58,642 bases of DNA from a virus. Its lineage: Duplodnaviria; Caudoviricetes. A model generated the notes under the pieces. It did no database searches. It saw only the letters and a program-made list of their open reading frames with translations, and had not been told where the DNA came from. Both the position numbers and the translations under genes were made by a program. Every line of letters begins with the position of its first letter. Positions within the stretch are counted from its first letter, which is position 1. Of this stretch, positions 1-8,636 are shown in pieces. The stretch covers positions 1-58,642 of the IMG/VR virus record IMGVR_UViG_3300027780_000015; one strand, 5' to 3'.

Positions 1-2
1 AC

Positions 3-395
3 AAGGTTCGAGACGTCGACTGTAAAACAGAAGATGTAAATAGATATACGATGGAGTATCTGACGAAGATAGAGATCTTTGCTAAGAAGTATGACGTTCT
101 AGTGTTTGTAGTTGCTCACCCAACTAAAATGTACAAAGATAAAGATGGTAAAATGGAAGAGCCAACTATGTATAATATAAAAGGTGGCGGCGAATGGTAT
201 GATGCTAGTTACCACGGTATACTAGTTCACAGAGACTACGAAAACAAAACTGTTAAGGCTAAGGTTTTAAAAGTTAAGTTTCAGAACCTAGGTGAAAACG
301 GTGCTGAAGCTCATTTTAAATGGGAACCAAGATCTGGTTGCTTTATACCTCATGAAAGCGCAGTTAATGAAAACGAGGTTATGCCTTGGGAGTAA
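3..395 (+). CDS. T7 gp4/Twinkle-like primase-helicase, C-terminal part (5' truncated by window edge)
   Basis: Frame open from base 3. VFVVAHPTK...IKGGGEWYDASYHGILVHRD...KVLKVKFQNLGENG matches the SF4 helicase H3/H4 region of Twinkle-like phage helicases. Confidence 0.85.
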   Translation, partial: KVRDVDCKTEDVNRYTMEYLTKIEIFAKKYDVLVFVVAHPTKMYKDKDGKMEEPTMYNIKGGGEWYDASYHGILVHRDYENKTVKAKVLKVKFQNLGENGAEAHFKWEPRSGCFIPHESAVNENEVMPWE

Positions 396-406
396 GAAAG
401 ATTAAC

Positions 407-637
407 ATGGGACAATATCAACCCACGGCTCAAGACTTTAAGCATATGCGATGGTGCATTAATAATGAAATTAAAATATCGCCAACAGCTTTTAGTACTT
501 ACGAATGGTATATTGATATACACATAAAAAACAGAAAAAATAGATCCCCACAAGTTTACACTAAGAAAGACTTATGGGAGCAAATATTTAATTATTACAA
601 ATATTATTACAACAAATATGGCAAGAACACTATTTAA
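407..637 (+). CDS. hypothetical protein
   Basis: ATG at 407, tightly packed between the helicase and the next gene. Confidence 0.65.
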   Translation: MGQYQPTAQDFKHMRWCINNEIKISPTAFSTYEWYIDIHIKNRKNRSPQVYTKKDLWEQIFNYYKYYYNKYGKNTI

Positions 638-1262
638 AAACGCAGATCAAGCTTACGCTTATCAACTTAATAGAATATTAATTGACGGTGTAGATTTTGA
701 TGATACAAAAGCATTATTCAATATAGGATTTACAATAGCAAACCCTATGGATAACCACATTACAAATAAAGAACGTAACTGGAGCTTAGAATATGCTGAA
801 GCTGAATGGGAATGGTATAAGTCAGGCGATCGTAGTATAGATAAGCTAGGAGAGATATACGGTAAGATACCACCTATATGGGAAAAGATGGCAGACAGTG
901 ATCGTAATGTTAATTCCAATTATGGTTATCAATGGCAACGTAATAATCAAATTGATTATGTATGTGCTAAGCTTAGACAGAACAAAAATACTAGACACGC
1001 AGCGATAAGTATATATGACGCTAAAGAATGGTCATCATACAAGAAAGATACACCCTGTACGTATGCAGTTCAGTTCACAATATTAGACAACAAACTTAAC
1101 ATGTCTGTTCTAATGCGTTCTAATGACATCTGGTACGGTTTTTGTAATGATCAGTATCAATTCTCAATGTTACAGCAGTTGGTTGCTAAGAGATTGTCTA
1201 TTGAAATTGGCACGTATTATCACTTTGCACATAACCTACATTTATATAACAATAAACTTTAA
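618..1262 (+). CDS. thymidylate-synthase-fold enzyme, dCMP hydroxymethylase/methylase-like (T4 gp42 type)
   Basis: Catalytic PC and MRSNDIWYGFCND, with Asp at the E. coli ThyA Asn177 position as in T4 gp42 (MRSNDVVFGFRND). EWYKS...PPIWEKMA...VNSNYG also resembles gp42. HNLHLY C-terminal motif. Confidence 0.8.
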   Translation: MARTLFKNADQAYAYQLNRILIDGVDFDDTKALFNIGFTIANPMDNHITNKERNWSLEYAEAEWEWYKSGDRSIDKLGEIYGKIPPIWEKMADSDRNVNSNYGYQWQRNNQIDYVCAKLRQNKNTRHAAISIYDAKEWSSYKKDTPCTYAVQFTILDNKLNMSVLMRSNDIWYGFCNDQYQFSMLQQLVAKRLSIEIGTYYHFAHNLHLYNNKL

Positions 1263-1266
1263 AAAT

Positions 1267-2031
1267 ATGTACTATTTATACCACATACCAGGTAAAAAGA
1301 TTGGCGTTACACGTAATCTTAACCACAGAGTAACCCTTATTCAAGGCTATAAGGAGACAGAGTATGAAGTTCTTGAACAGTCAGACGATATAGATTATAT
1401 ATCAGACCGTGAAATAGAGCTTCAAAAGTCTTATGGCTATAAGGTTGATTTAAAAAAATATAAAAATCTAAAATTTAATAAAATGAAAATAAACGCTACA
1501 GAGCAGACCTCAACTTTCCCTTGTCCTAAGAATAAACTTAAAGGACAACTGATGGATAACTTAGGTTTAACATGGAAAACAAGCCATGGTAACTTTACGG
1601 TTACAAAAGAAAACATCCAATGGATAATGGCAAATGCTAAAACCTCTATGTTTGATACCGAGAGAAGTTATGTCTATAATAAAGCTTTTTACGAAGCTTA
1701 TTTTAATCTTGAACATAATCCTATTAAGACTAAAACTTCTGAAAGATTTGATCTTATAAGAAACTGGGCAGCAACAAGAGGTTTATATGAAAAAGGTAAT
1801 TCACATACACAATATGTTAAATTACAAGAAGAAGCTGGAGAACTAGCTAAAGCATTACTTAAAAACGATCAGCCAGAAATTGTAGATGCAATAGGTGATA
1901 TGGTTGTAGTGCTTACAAACTTAGCTCACTTACAAGGATACGATATAGAATATTGTATTGACGAAGCTTATAAAGTTATAGCAACAAGAACAGGTAAAAT
2001 GATTAATGGAACATTTGTAAAAGATAACTAA
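1267..2031 (+). CDS. GIY-YIG-like N-terminal domain fused to C-terminal MazG-like nucleotide pyrophosphohydrolase
   Basis: Likely start ATG 1267 just after the upstream stop. N-term YYLYHIPGKKIGVTRNLNHRV. C-term KLQEEAGELAKA...DAIGDMVVVLTNLA (MazG EExxE...D motif). Confidence 0.75.
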   Translation: MYYLYHIPGKKIGVTRNLNHRVTLIQGYKETEYEVLEQSDDIDYISDREIELQKSYGYKVDLKKYKNLKFNKMKINATEQTSTFPCPKNKLKGQLMDNLGLTWKTSHGNFTVTKENIQWIMANAKTSMFDTERSYVYNKAFYEAYFNLEHNPIKTKTSERFDLIRNWAATRGLYEKGNSHTQYVKLQEEAGELAKALLKNDQPEIVDAIGDMVVVLTNLAHLQGYDIEYCIDEAYKVIATRTGKMINGTFVKDN

Positions 2032-2032
2032 G

Positions 2033-2329
2033 ATGCAGATAGAAACTAAAGATGAAATTGTATTATCAGTATTAAAGAAAATGGATCAACGTAGTATTAT
2101 AGGCCAAGAAAAGTATGGCGCTACTATGATGCAAGAGATTGAAGGTCAAAAGAAAGATCTAGGTAGATTTATTGTTGATGTACAAGAAGAATTAATGGAT
2201 GCAATACTATATCTTGAGTCAGCTAGACATTGTCTAAAAGATGAGATTGAAGAAGCTTTATACGCAAAAGCTAGAAAAGTTAATGAAAACATAAACAATA
2301 TAAACATCTATGATGAAACGATCTTTTAA
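2033..2329 (+). CDS. all-alpha NTP pyrophosphatase-like (MazG superfamily) protein
   Basis: RSIIGQEKYG...QEELMDAILYL pattern typical of small phage all-alpha dNTP pyrophosphatases. Confidence 0.55.
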   Translation: MQIETKDEIVLSVLKKMDQRSIIGQEKYGATMMQEIEGQKKDLGRFIVDVQEELMDAILYLESARHCLKDEIEEALYAKARKVNENINNINIYDETIF

Positions 2330-2780
2330 ACGTAAAAAAGGTCCTGTACAGTCTAAAAAAGTAACACATGATGGTATCAAGTTTGCTTCAGGCCTAGAAA
2401 AATATATGTACATAGCCTTAAAAAAAGCTAAAATTAAAGCTGATTACGAAGGTAGAACATTTGAACTAGTGCCATCGTTTGAAAATGTATTTGCTAGTTT
2501 TGAACGACAAAGTAACGGCAAAGGAGAATATAGAAATAGAGGTAATAAAAAAATACTTAACATTAAATATACTCCTGATTTTATTGGCAAAGACTTTATT
2601 ATAGAAACAAAAGGTAGAGCTAATGAGTCTTTTCCAATTAGATGGAAGCTGTTTAAGAGTCTTTTAGTTAAATACAATATGATAACACAAAAGCCAATAG
2701 AATGGACCTTATATAAACCACAAAATCAAAAAGAATGCGACGAAACAATAGGATTAATCCTGCAGAGGCAAAACACTTAG
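2310..2780 (+). CDS. T7 endonuclease I-like Holliday junction resolvase
   Basis: FASGLEK...YE...KYTPDF...IIETKGR, the PD-(D/E)xK motif of endonuclease I. Confidence 0.85.
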   Translation: MMKRSFKRKKGPVQSKKVTHDGIKFASGLEKYMYIALKKAKIKADYEGRTFELVPSFENVFASFERQSNGKGEYRNRGNKKILNIKYTPDFIGKDFIIETKGRANESFPIRWKLFKSLLVKYNMITQKPIEWTLYKPQNQKECDETIGLILQRQNT

Positions 2781-2908
2781 CACGATGTAAATACAGAGAA
2801 CGTCAAATAGATAAATGGTGGAAATGGAGTTTTGAAATGAGAGGACGCGTTAAGTATAAAGAGCTAGTAGAACAACAAGATAAATATAAAATAAAAGTAT
2901 ATGGATAA
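2735..2908 (+). CDS. small hypothetical protein (57 aa, MRRNNRINPAEAKH...), not in ORF track
   Basis: Manually translated; fills the gap and overlaps both neighbours. Confidence 0.5.
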   Translation: MRRNNRINPAEAKHLARCKYRERQIDKWWKWSFEMRGRVKYKELVEQQDKYKIKVYG

Positions 2909-3050
2909 AGAAATAAAAAAGAACTGGACACTAAGCGTGGGGTTTTACCCAGGTATAGTTTTTGGTATAAGAACCTATGAAGAACCAGATCAAACAGCTT
3001 ATGTTTTTTACATACCTTTTGTTGACGTATCTTTAGAAATACATAACTAA
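2901..3050 (+). CDS. small hypothetical protein (49 aa, MDKEIKKNWTLSVGFYPG...), not in ORF track
   Basis: Manually translated; its stop overlaps the nrdB start (TAATG). Confidence 0.6.
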   Translation: MDKEIKKNWTLSVGFYPGIVFGIRTYEEPDQTAYVFYIPFVDVSLEIHN

Positions 3051-4018
3051 TGGGATTATTTGATTTAAGAATACCGTATAAACCTTTTGAGTATCCTGAT
3101 TACTACACAGAAGGTTGGTTAAAACAAGCGCAGGCATTTTGGTTACATACTGAAATACCTATGTCAGGAGATGTTAAAGACTGGAATGAAAAACTAACAG
3201 AAGAAGAAAAAAGCTTAGTAGGTAATATACTACTAGGCTTTGCTCAAACTGAATGTGCGGTAAGTGATTACTGGACACAAAAAGTTGTTGGTTGGTTTCC
3301 TAAACATGAGATACAACAAATGGCCATGATGTTTGGCTCACAAGAAACTGTACATGCTGTAGCTTATAGCTATTTAAATGAAACCTTAAAACTAGAAGAC
3401 TATGAAGCGTTTTTACACGAACCTGCGACAGCCGATCGTTTTGATAACTTGGTTGCTTATGATGGCAACAATGCTGTGGGTATCGGAACCTCCCTTGCTA
3501 TCTTCTCTGCTTTTGCAGAAGGCGTTAGCTTATATAGTGCCTTCGCTGTACTTTATTCTTTTCAGTTACGTAATCTACTTAAAGGAATCGGGCAGCAAAT
3601 GAAATGGTCTGTAAGAGATGAATCATTGCATAGCAAAATGGGTTGTCAGTTGTTTAGACATATGTGTGAAGAAGACAATAGCTTATTAGATGCTTGTAAA
3701 GAAGATATTTATACCGCTGCTAAAACCATGGTAGAACTAGAAGAAAAGTATATAGACAAGATGTTCGAAATGGGTGATATCGAAGGTATGAAAGCTTATG
3801 ACCTAAAACAATTTATAAGAAAAAGATCAAATGAAAAACTTAATGAACTTGGTTACTCAGATAAAAGAAGATTTTTCCACTATGACAAAGAGGCAGCGAG
3901 TAATTTGGATTGGTTCTTTCATCTTACTGGGGGTCACACCCACACTGATTTTTTCGCAGTTAGGCCAACAGACTATAGTAAAGCAAATGAAGGAGAAGAT
4001 TTTGAAGACATATGGTAA
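3050..4018 (+). CDS. nrdB: class I ribonucleotide reductase beta subunit
   Basis: FWLHTEIPMSGD, ETVHAVAY (ExxH plus radical Tyr), EGVSLYSAF, RDESLH di-iron ligands, TDFF...TDYSK. Confidence 0.95.
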   Translation: MGLFDLRIPYKPFEYPDYYTEGWLKQAQAFWLHTEIPMSGDVKDWNEKLTEEEKSLVGNILLGFAQTECAVSDYWTQKVVGWFPKHEIQQMAMMFGSQETVHAVAYSYLNETLKLEDYEAFLHEPATADRFDNLVAYDGNNAVGIGTSLAIFSAFAEGVSLYSAFAVLYSFQLRNLLKGIGQQMKWSVRDESLHSKMGCQLFRHMCEEDNSLLDACKEDIYTAAKTMVELEEKYIDKMFEMGDIEGMKAYDLKQFIRKRSNEKLNELGYSDKRRFFHYDKEAASNLDWFFHLTGGHTHTDFFAVRPTDYSKANEGEDFEDIW

Positions 4019-4269
4019 CGCGAAGAAAGCTATTAAAGCTTTTAGCTTATACAAATAAGTTAACATCATATCAAAAGTTTGCATCGCGTATTGGTTACTT
4101 CGGTGCAGGTTTTTTGATAGCAGGACAATGGACGCTAGAACCTAAACTATTTATAATAGGTTTTATCTGTGTAATGATACAGACAGCGTCAAGAAAACAA
4201 TGGAACCTAGTAGTATTAAACCTAAATGGTTTAGCTGCTTGGATTAATCACTTAATAAAAATGATATAA
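4012..4269 (+). CDS. small membrane protein
   Basis: Two to three hydrophobic segments; overlaps the nrdB stop. Confidence 0.6.
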   Translation: MVTRRKLLKLLAYTNKLTSYQKFASRIGYFGAGFLIAGQWTLEPKLFIIGFICVMIQTASRKQWNLVVLNLNGLAAWINHLIKMI

Positions 4270-4484
4270 TGCCACAGAATAAATTAAAAATGAAAGTAGA
4301 GGCACTAACTAGAATAGTGCAGCAATTAATTAAAGAAGTACAACATAACCATGTGGTTACTCAAGGTACGTTATCAGCTCTTCAAGTAAGTTTAGGAAAA
4401 GAAGAATGGGATAAAGTAGTTAAAGAACTTCAAGATAGAGAATTAGAACAACAAAATAAACAAGAAAAAAAACTAGAACTGTAA
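4269..4484 (+). CDS. hypothetical coiled-coil protein
   Basis: Coupled to both neighbours (stop/start adjacency). Confidence 0.6.
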   Translation: MPQNKLKMKVEALTRIVQQLIKEVQHNHVVTQGTLSALQVSLGKEEWDKVVKELQDRELEQQNKQEKKLEL

Positions 4485-6179
4485 ATGTGGAACAATGAAT
4501 GGAAAAAAGGAAAAGACTATCCAGAGTGGGGAGACACTGAAGTCTACAAAAAAACTATCTCAGGGGGATATTTATTTGGCAGCGAGTCTCCTAAAGACGC
4601 CTATAACAGAGTCTGCAAAACAGTCGCAGGCAGACTCGATAGACCAGAGCTTGAAGATGTTTTCTTTAAGTATATATGGAATGGTTGGTTGTGTCTTGCT
4701 AGCCCTGTTCTTAGTAATACTGGGACTGATCGTGGTCTTCCTATATCTTGCTTCGGTATTGATGTAGCAGATTCTATAATAGACATAGGACAAAAAAACT
4801 TAGAGATGATGCTACTTGCAAAACACGGCGGTGGAGTTGGTATCGGTATAAATCAAATCAGACCTGCCGGAGCTAATATAAAAGGTAATGGAACAAGTGA
4901 TGGTGTTGTGCCGTTTTGTAAAATATACGATTCTACAATTCTTGCCACTAATCAAGGATCTGTCAGACGAGGAGCTGCATCAGTTAATATTAACATTGAA
5001 CACCCCGACTTTAATGACTGGGTTGAAATACGCGAACCTAAAGGAGATGTCAATAGACAATCGCTCAACTTGCATCAATGCGCTGTTATCGGTGATAAGT
5101 TTATGCGAAGACTTGAAAGTGGCGATAGTGAGGCAAGGGCCAAGTGGGGTAAATTGTTACAAAAACGTAAAGCTACTGGAGAACCATATATCCTTTTTAA
5201 AGGAAATACAAATAAAAATAATCCACAAGCTTACAAGCAAAATGCTTTAAAGGTTCACATGACAAACATTTGTAGTGAGATAACATTACACACAGATGAG
5301 AACCACAGTTTTATATGTTGTCTATCTAGTTTAAACTTAGCTAAATATGACGAATGGAAGAACACTAACATAATATACGACTCGATATGGTTTCTTGACG
5401 GAGTATTAGAAGAGTTTATACAAAAGTCTAAATATAGAAAAGGCTTTGAAAACTCTGTAAGATCAGCAGAAAAAGGAAGAGCTTTAGGCTTAGGTGTTTT
5501 AGGTTGGCATACATACTTGCAAGAAAGAGGTTTACCATTTGAAGGTCTACTATCACAATATGAAACAAGAAAAATATTTAGTCAAATTAAAATCGAATCT
5601 GAACGAGCTAGTATGGCTCTCGCAGATGTATATGGAGAACCTCTTTGGTGTGTTGGCACTGGTATGCGTAATACCCACTTACGTGCTGTTGCTCCTACTG
5701 TTAGCAATAGCAAACTTAGTGGAAACGTCTCACCGGGCATTGAGCCTTGGGCTGCTAATATTTTTACAGAGCAAAGTGCAAAAGGTACTTTCATACGTAA
5801 AAACCCAACCTTGGAAATTATTCTTGAAAAACAAAAGTTAAATACAAAAGAAGTGTGGGACAAAATCTTAGCAGATGGTGGTTCAGTTCAAGATTTGAAA
5901 GAACTAGACAACGATGCTAAAGAAGTGTTTAAAACATTTAAAGAACTTAATCAGTTAGAGTTGGTTAGGCAAGCTGGTATCCGCCAGCAGTATATAGATC
6001 AAAGCGTAAGCTTAAACTTAGCTTTTCCTAGTGAAGCAACGCCAAAATGGATTAATAAAGTTCACATGGATGCTTGGCGTAAAGGAGTTAAAACTTTGTA
6101 CTATATGCGGACAGAATCAGTCTTACGTGGTGATATCGCAAACACTGCTATGGATGATTGTGTTGCATGTGATGGATAA
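4485..6179 (+). CDS. nrdA: class I ribonucleotide reductase alpha subunit (no ATP cone)
   Basis: LASPVLSN, ISCF, GGGVG, NQGSVRRGA, TNICSE (catalytic N-C-E), CCLSSLNL, APT, KTLYY, C-terminal CxxC (CVAC). Confidence 0.95.
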   Translation: MWNNEWKKGKDYPEWGDTEVYKKTISGGYLFGSESPKDAYNRVCKTVAGRLDRPELEDVFFKYIWNGWLCLASPVLSNTGTDRGLPISCFGIDVADSIIDIGQKNLEMMLLAKHGGGVGIGINQIRPAGANIKGNGTSDGVVPFCKIYDSTILATNQGSVRRGAASVNINIEHPDFNDWVEIREPKGDVNRQSLNLHQCAVIGDKFMRRLESGDSEARAKWGKLLQKRKATGEPYILFKGNTNKNNPQAYKQNALKVHMTNICSEITLHTDENHSFICCLSSLNLAKYDEWKNTNIIYDSIWFLDGVLEEFIQKSKYRKGFENSVRSAEKGRALGLGVLGWHTYLQERGLPFEGLLSQYETRKIFSQIKIESERASMALADVYGEPLWCVGTGMRNTHLRAVAPTVSNSKLSGNVSPGIEPWAANIFTEQSAKGTFIRKNPTLEIILEKQKLNTKEVWDKILADGGSVQDLKELDNDAKEVFKTFKELNQLELVRQAGIRQQYIDQSVSLNLAFPSEATPKWINKVHMDAWRKGVKTLYYMRTESVLRGDIANTAMDDCVACDG

Positions 6180-6186
6180 AATGAAA

Positions 6187-6212
6187 AAGGGGACCACTTA
6201 CGTGATCCCCTT
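6187..6212. terminator. probable bidirectional intrinsic terminator at the convergence of the + and - gene blocks
   Basis: AAGGGGAcCAC-ttac-GTGaTCCCCTT hairpin with an A-run before and a T-rich run after. Confidence 0.7.
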
Positions 6213-6221
6213 CTTCGGTTA

Positions 6222-6268
6222 CAGGAACTTTGGGTATGGTACGCCCAGTTATATTTGTTCCTTTTTTA
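6222..6268 (+). terminator. second hairpin (AGGAAC/GTTCCT enclosing TGGGT/GCCCA) followed by T-tract
   Basis: Nested inverted repeats seen directly. Confidence 0.45.
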
Positions 6269-7147
6269 TGATACTGTTGGATCTTGAAAATCTTGATCGT
6301 CTATTGTAAACGATCCATCTATAAGACCTTCTTTAGCGTTTCCTTTTATACCTTTTCTACGTAATTCTGCTTTTTTATTTCTTTCCCTAATTCTATCACC
6401 TCTTCTTGTTCTTCTATTATTTCTTGCTCTTGGCGCTGATGAAGTCATTACTTCTTCAATAGGTTCTGGTTCTGTTTCAGCTACTGTTAGTGGTGGTGTT
6501 GTTTTGTCTAATACTAACTCATTATCTATATACCACTGAGTTCTTTCTTGTGTGTGAAGAGATGGAGCTTCTGACCAATTTACTTTTGATGCCCCTCCAG
6601 TAGCGGGTGTAGTTCCACCAGCACCTGCAATTTTTTCCTCCACCAATTTATATCCTCCAGTATCAAAATCCCACACCCACTTTTCAGGTTCTAATGCTTT
6701 TCCCCAAGAAAACTGTCTATCAATTTGATCTCTAGATTTAGTTGTTGCTAGTTCTTGTTCCTCATCACTTAACTTCTTGACCCTCTTACCTCTTGTATCA
6801 TAAACCCATACAGTTCCTTCGCCCGCGTCAGTAAAACCTTCTCCTCCTTCGGTTATTCCCGCAGCTTCTGCTTCTTCATCAGTCATATATGGTGTCATTG
6901 CCTCATTAACAGGTTCGGCTGTCATTCCATCAGCATCTTCTAGCTTCAATGTATATGCACTTTTCACAAAAGTTCCGTCACTCCATAGCGTACCTCTTAG
7001 CTCTCCATCGGTTCCCCATGATCCATCGTGATATGTTTTCTTTACTTCTGTTGCACCGCTATGATCTTCAGTTTGTCTCAATGGAGATGTTTTTTGCTGT
7101 CTTAGTGGAGATGTTTTTTGATAAAAATTTTTTATTTTAAAGCCCAT
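6266..7147 (-). CDS. acidic/basic low-complexity protein with MGFK start and two KTSPLRQ tags
   Basis: Likely start ATG 7147 (MGFKIK); 24-bp-period DNA duplication encodes QKTSPLRQ twice. Confidence 0.7.
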   Translation of the reverse strand: MGFKIKNFYQKTSPLRQQKTSPLRQTEDHSGATEVKKTYHDGSWGTDGELRGTLWSDGTFVKSAYTLKLEDADGMTAEPVNEAMTPYMTDEEAEAAGITEGGEGFTDAGEGTVWVYDTRGKRVKKLSDEEQELATTKSRDQIDRQFSWGKALEPEKWVWDFDTGGYKLVEEKIAGAGGTTPATGGASKVNWSEAPSLHTQERTQWYIDNELVLDKTTPPLTVAETEPEPIEEVMTSSAPRARNNRRTRRGDRIRERNKKAELRRKGIKGNAKEGLIDGSFTIDDQDFQDPTVS

Positions 7148-7149
7148 AA

Positions 7150-7431
7150 TTATTTTTTTTCTTTGTTTGATTGGCAAAAGCTTTTCGCAGCTTCTACACT
7201 ACCAAAACCCCATTTTTTTAAAGCCATTGCTTTTTTAGTAGGTTCACCTTTAGCATCTTTCATTGCTCCGGCCATGCCTGCGAATCTACATGCGAACGAA
7301 ACTCTACGAGATCCAGTTCCAGAAGTTTGTCTAGACCCTAAGGTTTTACCCGTTTCAGACGTATAGTCTTTACGCATTTTTCTATTTTGCTTTTCGTACG
7401 CAGCGTTTTTTATATTTAAAGGTGTTTTCAT
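7150..7431 (-). CDS. small basic protein with RRVSFACRFAG...KKAMALKKWG module
   Basis: Resembles the RRKSFCARM-type module common in marine phages (from memory, DUF6321-like); starts MKTPLN. Confidence 0.7.
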   Translation of the reverse strand: MKTPLNIKNAAYEKQNRKMRKDYTSETGKTLGSRQTSGTGSRRVSFACRFAGMAGAMKDAKGEPTKKAMALKKWGFGSVEAAKSFCQSNKEKK

Positions 7432-7736
7432 GCTTTTGGATAATTACCGCTTTTTGGCGTGTTACTTAATACTCCATCTTCTATATCAACATTAACCTTA
7501 TGCTCTTCGCTATAAAACGGTTTGTTAAGTTTTCTAGCTACATTGTGTAAACTGTCTTTTGTTTTTATAACTTTAGGATCTTTTGATCTTGTCATTTTTT
7601 TACCTTCATCAGATAGTTTATTAGCTGGGCTTTTCATATCATCTATATGCTCTGCAATTTCTTCTGATTGCTTTAAGTGCATTTTAGAAGCTTTTTGTAG
7701 CTCTTTTACTATTTCTTTTAATCTACCTTTTTTCAT
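7428..7736 (-). CDS. hypothetical basic protein (KSPANK tag)
   Basis: ORF with ATGA overlap to the next gene. Confidence 0.65.
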   Translation of the reverse strand: MKKGRLKEIVKELQKASKMHLKQSEEIAEHIDDMKSPANKLSDEGKKMTRSKDPKVIKTKDSLHNVARKLNKPFYSEEHKVNVDIEDGVLSNTPKSGNYPKA

Positions 7737-7737
7737 G

Positions 7738-7866
7738 TTACTTTGGTGCTTTCATGTTAGTTGGTTTTGGCATTTTTACCTTTACAGGTTTATCACACTC
7801 TCTGTAGTTTTTAAACATTAGTTTGTATAAAAACTTATTCCATAATTCTTGTAGTTTGTCTATCAT
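7738..7866 (-). CDS. small hypothetical protein (42 aa, MIDKLQELWNKFLYKLMFK...), not in ORF track
   Basis: Manually translated; ATGA overlap with the endolysin stop, ends 1 nt before the next ATG. Confidence 0.6.
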   Translation of the reverse strand: MIDKLQELWNKFLYKLMFKNYRECDKPVKVKMPKPTNMKAPK

Positions 7867-8327
7867 TTTATTATTTTATATATTGTTTTACCGAATTCTT
7901 TTTCAGCTAGTAATTTTCTATTTCTATTTTTGTCTACGCTTATATAACTAACATGTATCCACGCTGGATTTTTGTCATCACCAAATTCCCATATGATTTG
8001 ATCGAAATTACAGTGACTACATATCCACTTATGCATCTCTGCGTTAGTCTTATGACCGTAGACGTCATCTATATCCATTGCAAGACCTTTACAATGCTGA
8101 GAGCTTGAAGCTCCTCCTATAGCTTTATTTAATTCTTCAGAACGAAACATGCTATTAATTTTTATTGGTCCACCAACCCATAATCTTAGCGGTTCAAATA
8201 TCTTTTCAGCTAACATTTTCATGTTATTCGTCTGTTCTTCGTTGGGTAAATTATCTATACCACATCTTTTAGCTGTATTCGAATGTATCGCTTCAGCTAA
8301 AGTAATATGTTCGCTTATTTTACTCAT
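7863..8327 (-). CDS. peptidase M15A family endolysin
   Basis: INSMFRSEELNKAIGGASSSQHCKGLAMDID...WIHVSY zinc-binding (H, D, H) motif. Confidence 0.9.
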   Translation of the reverse strand: MSKISEHITLAEAIHSNTAKRCGIDNLPNEEQTNNMKMLAEKIFEPLRLWVGGPIKINSMFRSEELNKAIGGASSSQHCKGLAMDIDDVYGHKTNAEMHKWICSHCNFDQIIWEFGDDKNPAWIHVSYISVDKNRNRKLLAEKEFGKTIYKIIK

Positions 8328-8631
8328 TTTCTTTTATTGCTTTTAAAATCTCTTCTTTAGTAATTACAAGTTTAAAACTTATATCAGCAGACCATTGACC
8401 TATTTTATTATTATCTTTATATAATATAGCTATTGGAACTGATTTTATTTTCTTTCTAAAAGCTGGTGTTTGATCTTCTAAATAAGCTATTCTATATTCT
8501 ACATTATTAACTTTATCTATTTTTGCAGAATTTCTTAAGTTCCAATCAGAGTTGATTTCTAATAAAACGTATTTTTGTGCGTAAATATTGCTAGCTAAAA
8601 ATATAGCTATTAAAATTAAAATGTTTTTCAT
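8320..8631 (-). CDS. exported thioredoxin-fold-like protein lacking CxxC
   Basis: Sec signal peptide MKNILILIAIFLASNIYAQ; EINSDWN and IKSVPIAILYKD resemble the thioredoxin WCxxC region and cis-Pro loop. Confidence 0.5.
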   Translation of the reverse strand: MKNILILIAIFLASNIYAQKYVLLEINSDWNLRNSAKIDKVNNVEYRIAYLEDQTPAFRKKIKSVPIAILYKDNNKIGQWSADISFKLVITKEEILKAIKENE

Positions 8632-8636
8632 GGTTT

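Noticed and set aside
618-1262. Plain thymidylate synthase (thyA) call
   Set aside because: The specificity residue is Asp rather than Asn and the sequence resembles T4 gp42, so a dCMP-modifying enzyme is more likely.
3050-6179. Introns or inteins in nrdA/nrdB (also considered for terL)
   Set aside because: The ORFs are continuous and of compact length, with no intein or homing-endonuclease motifs recognised.
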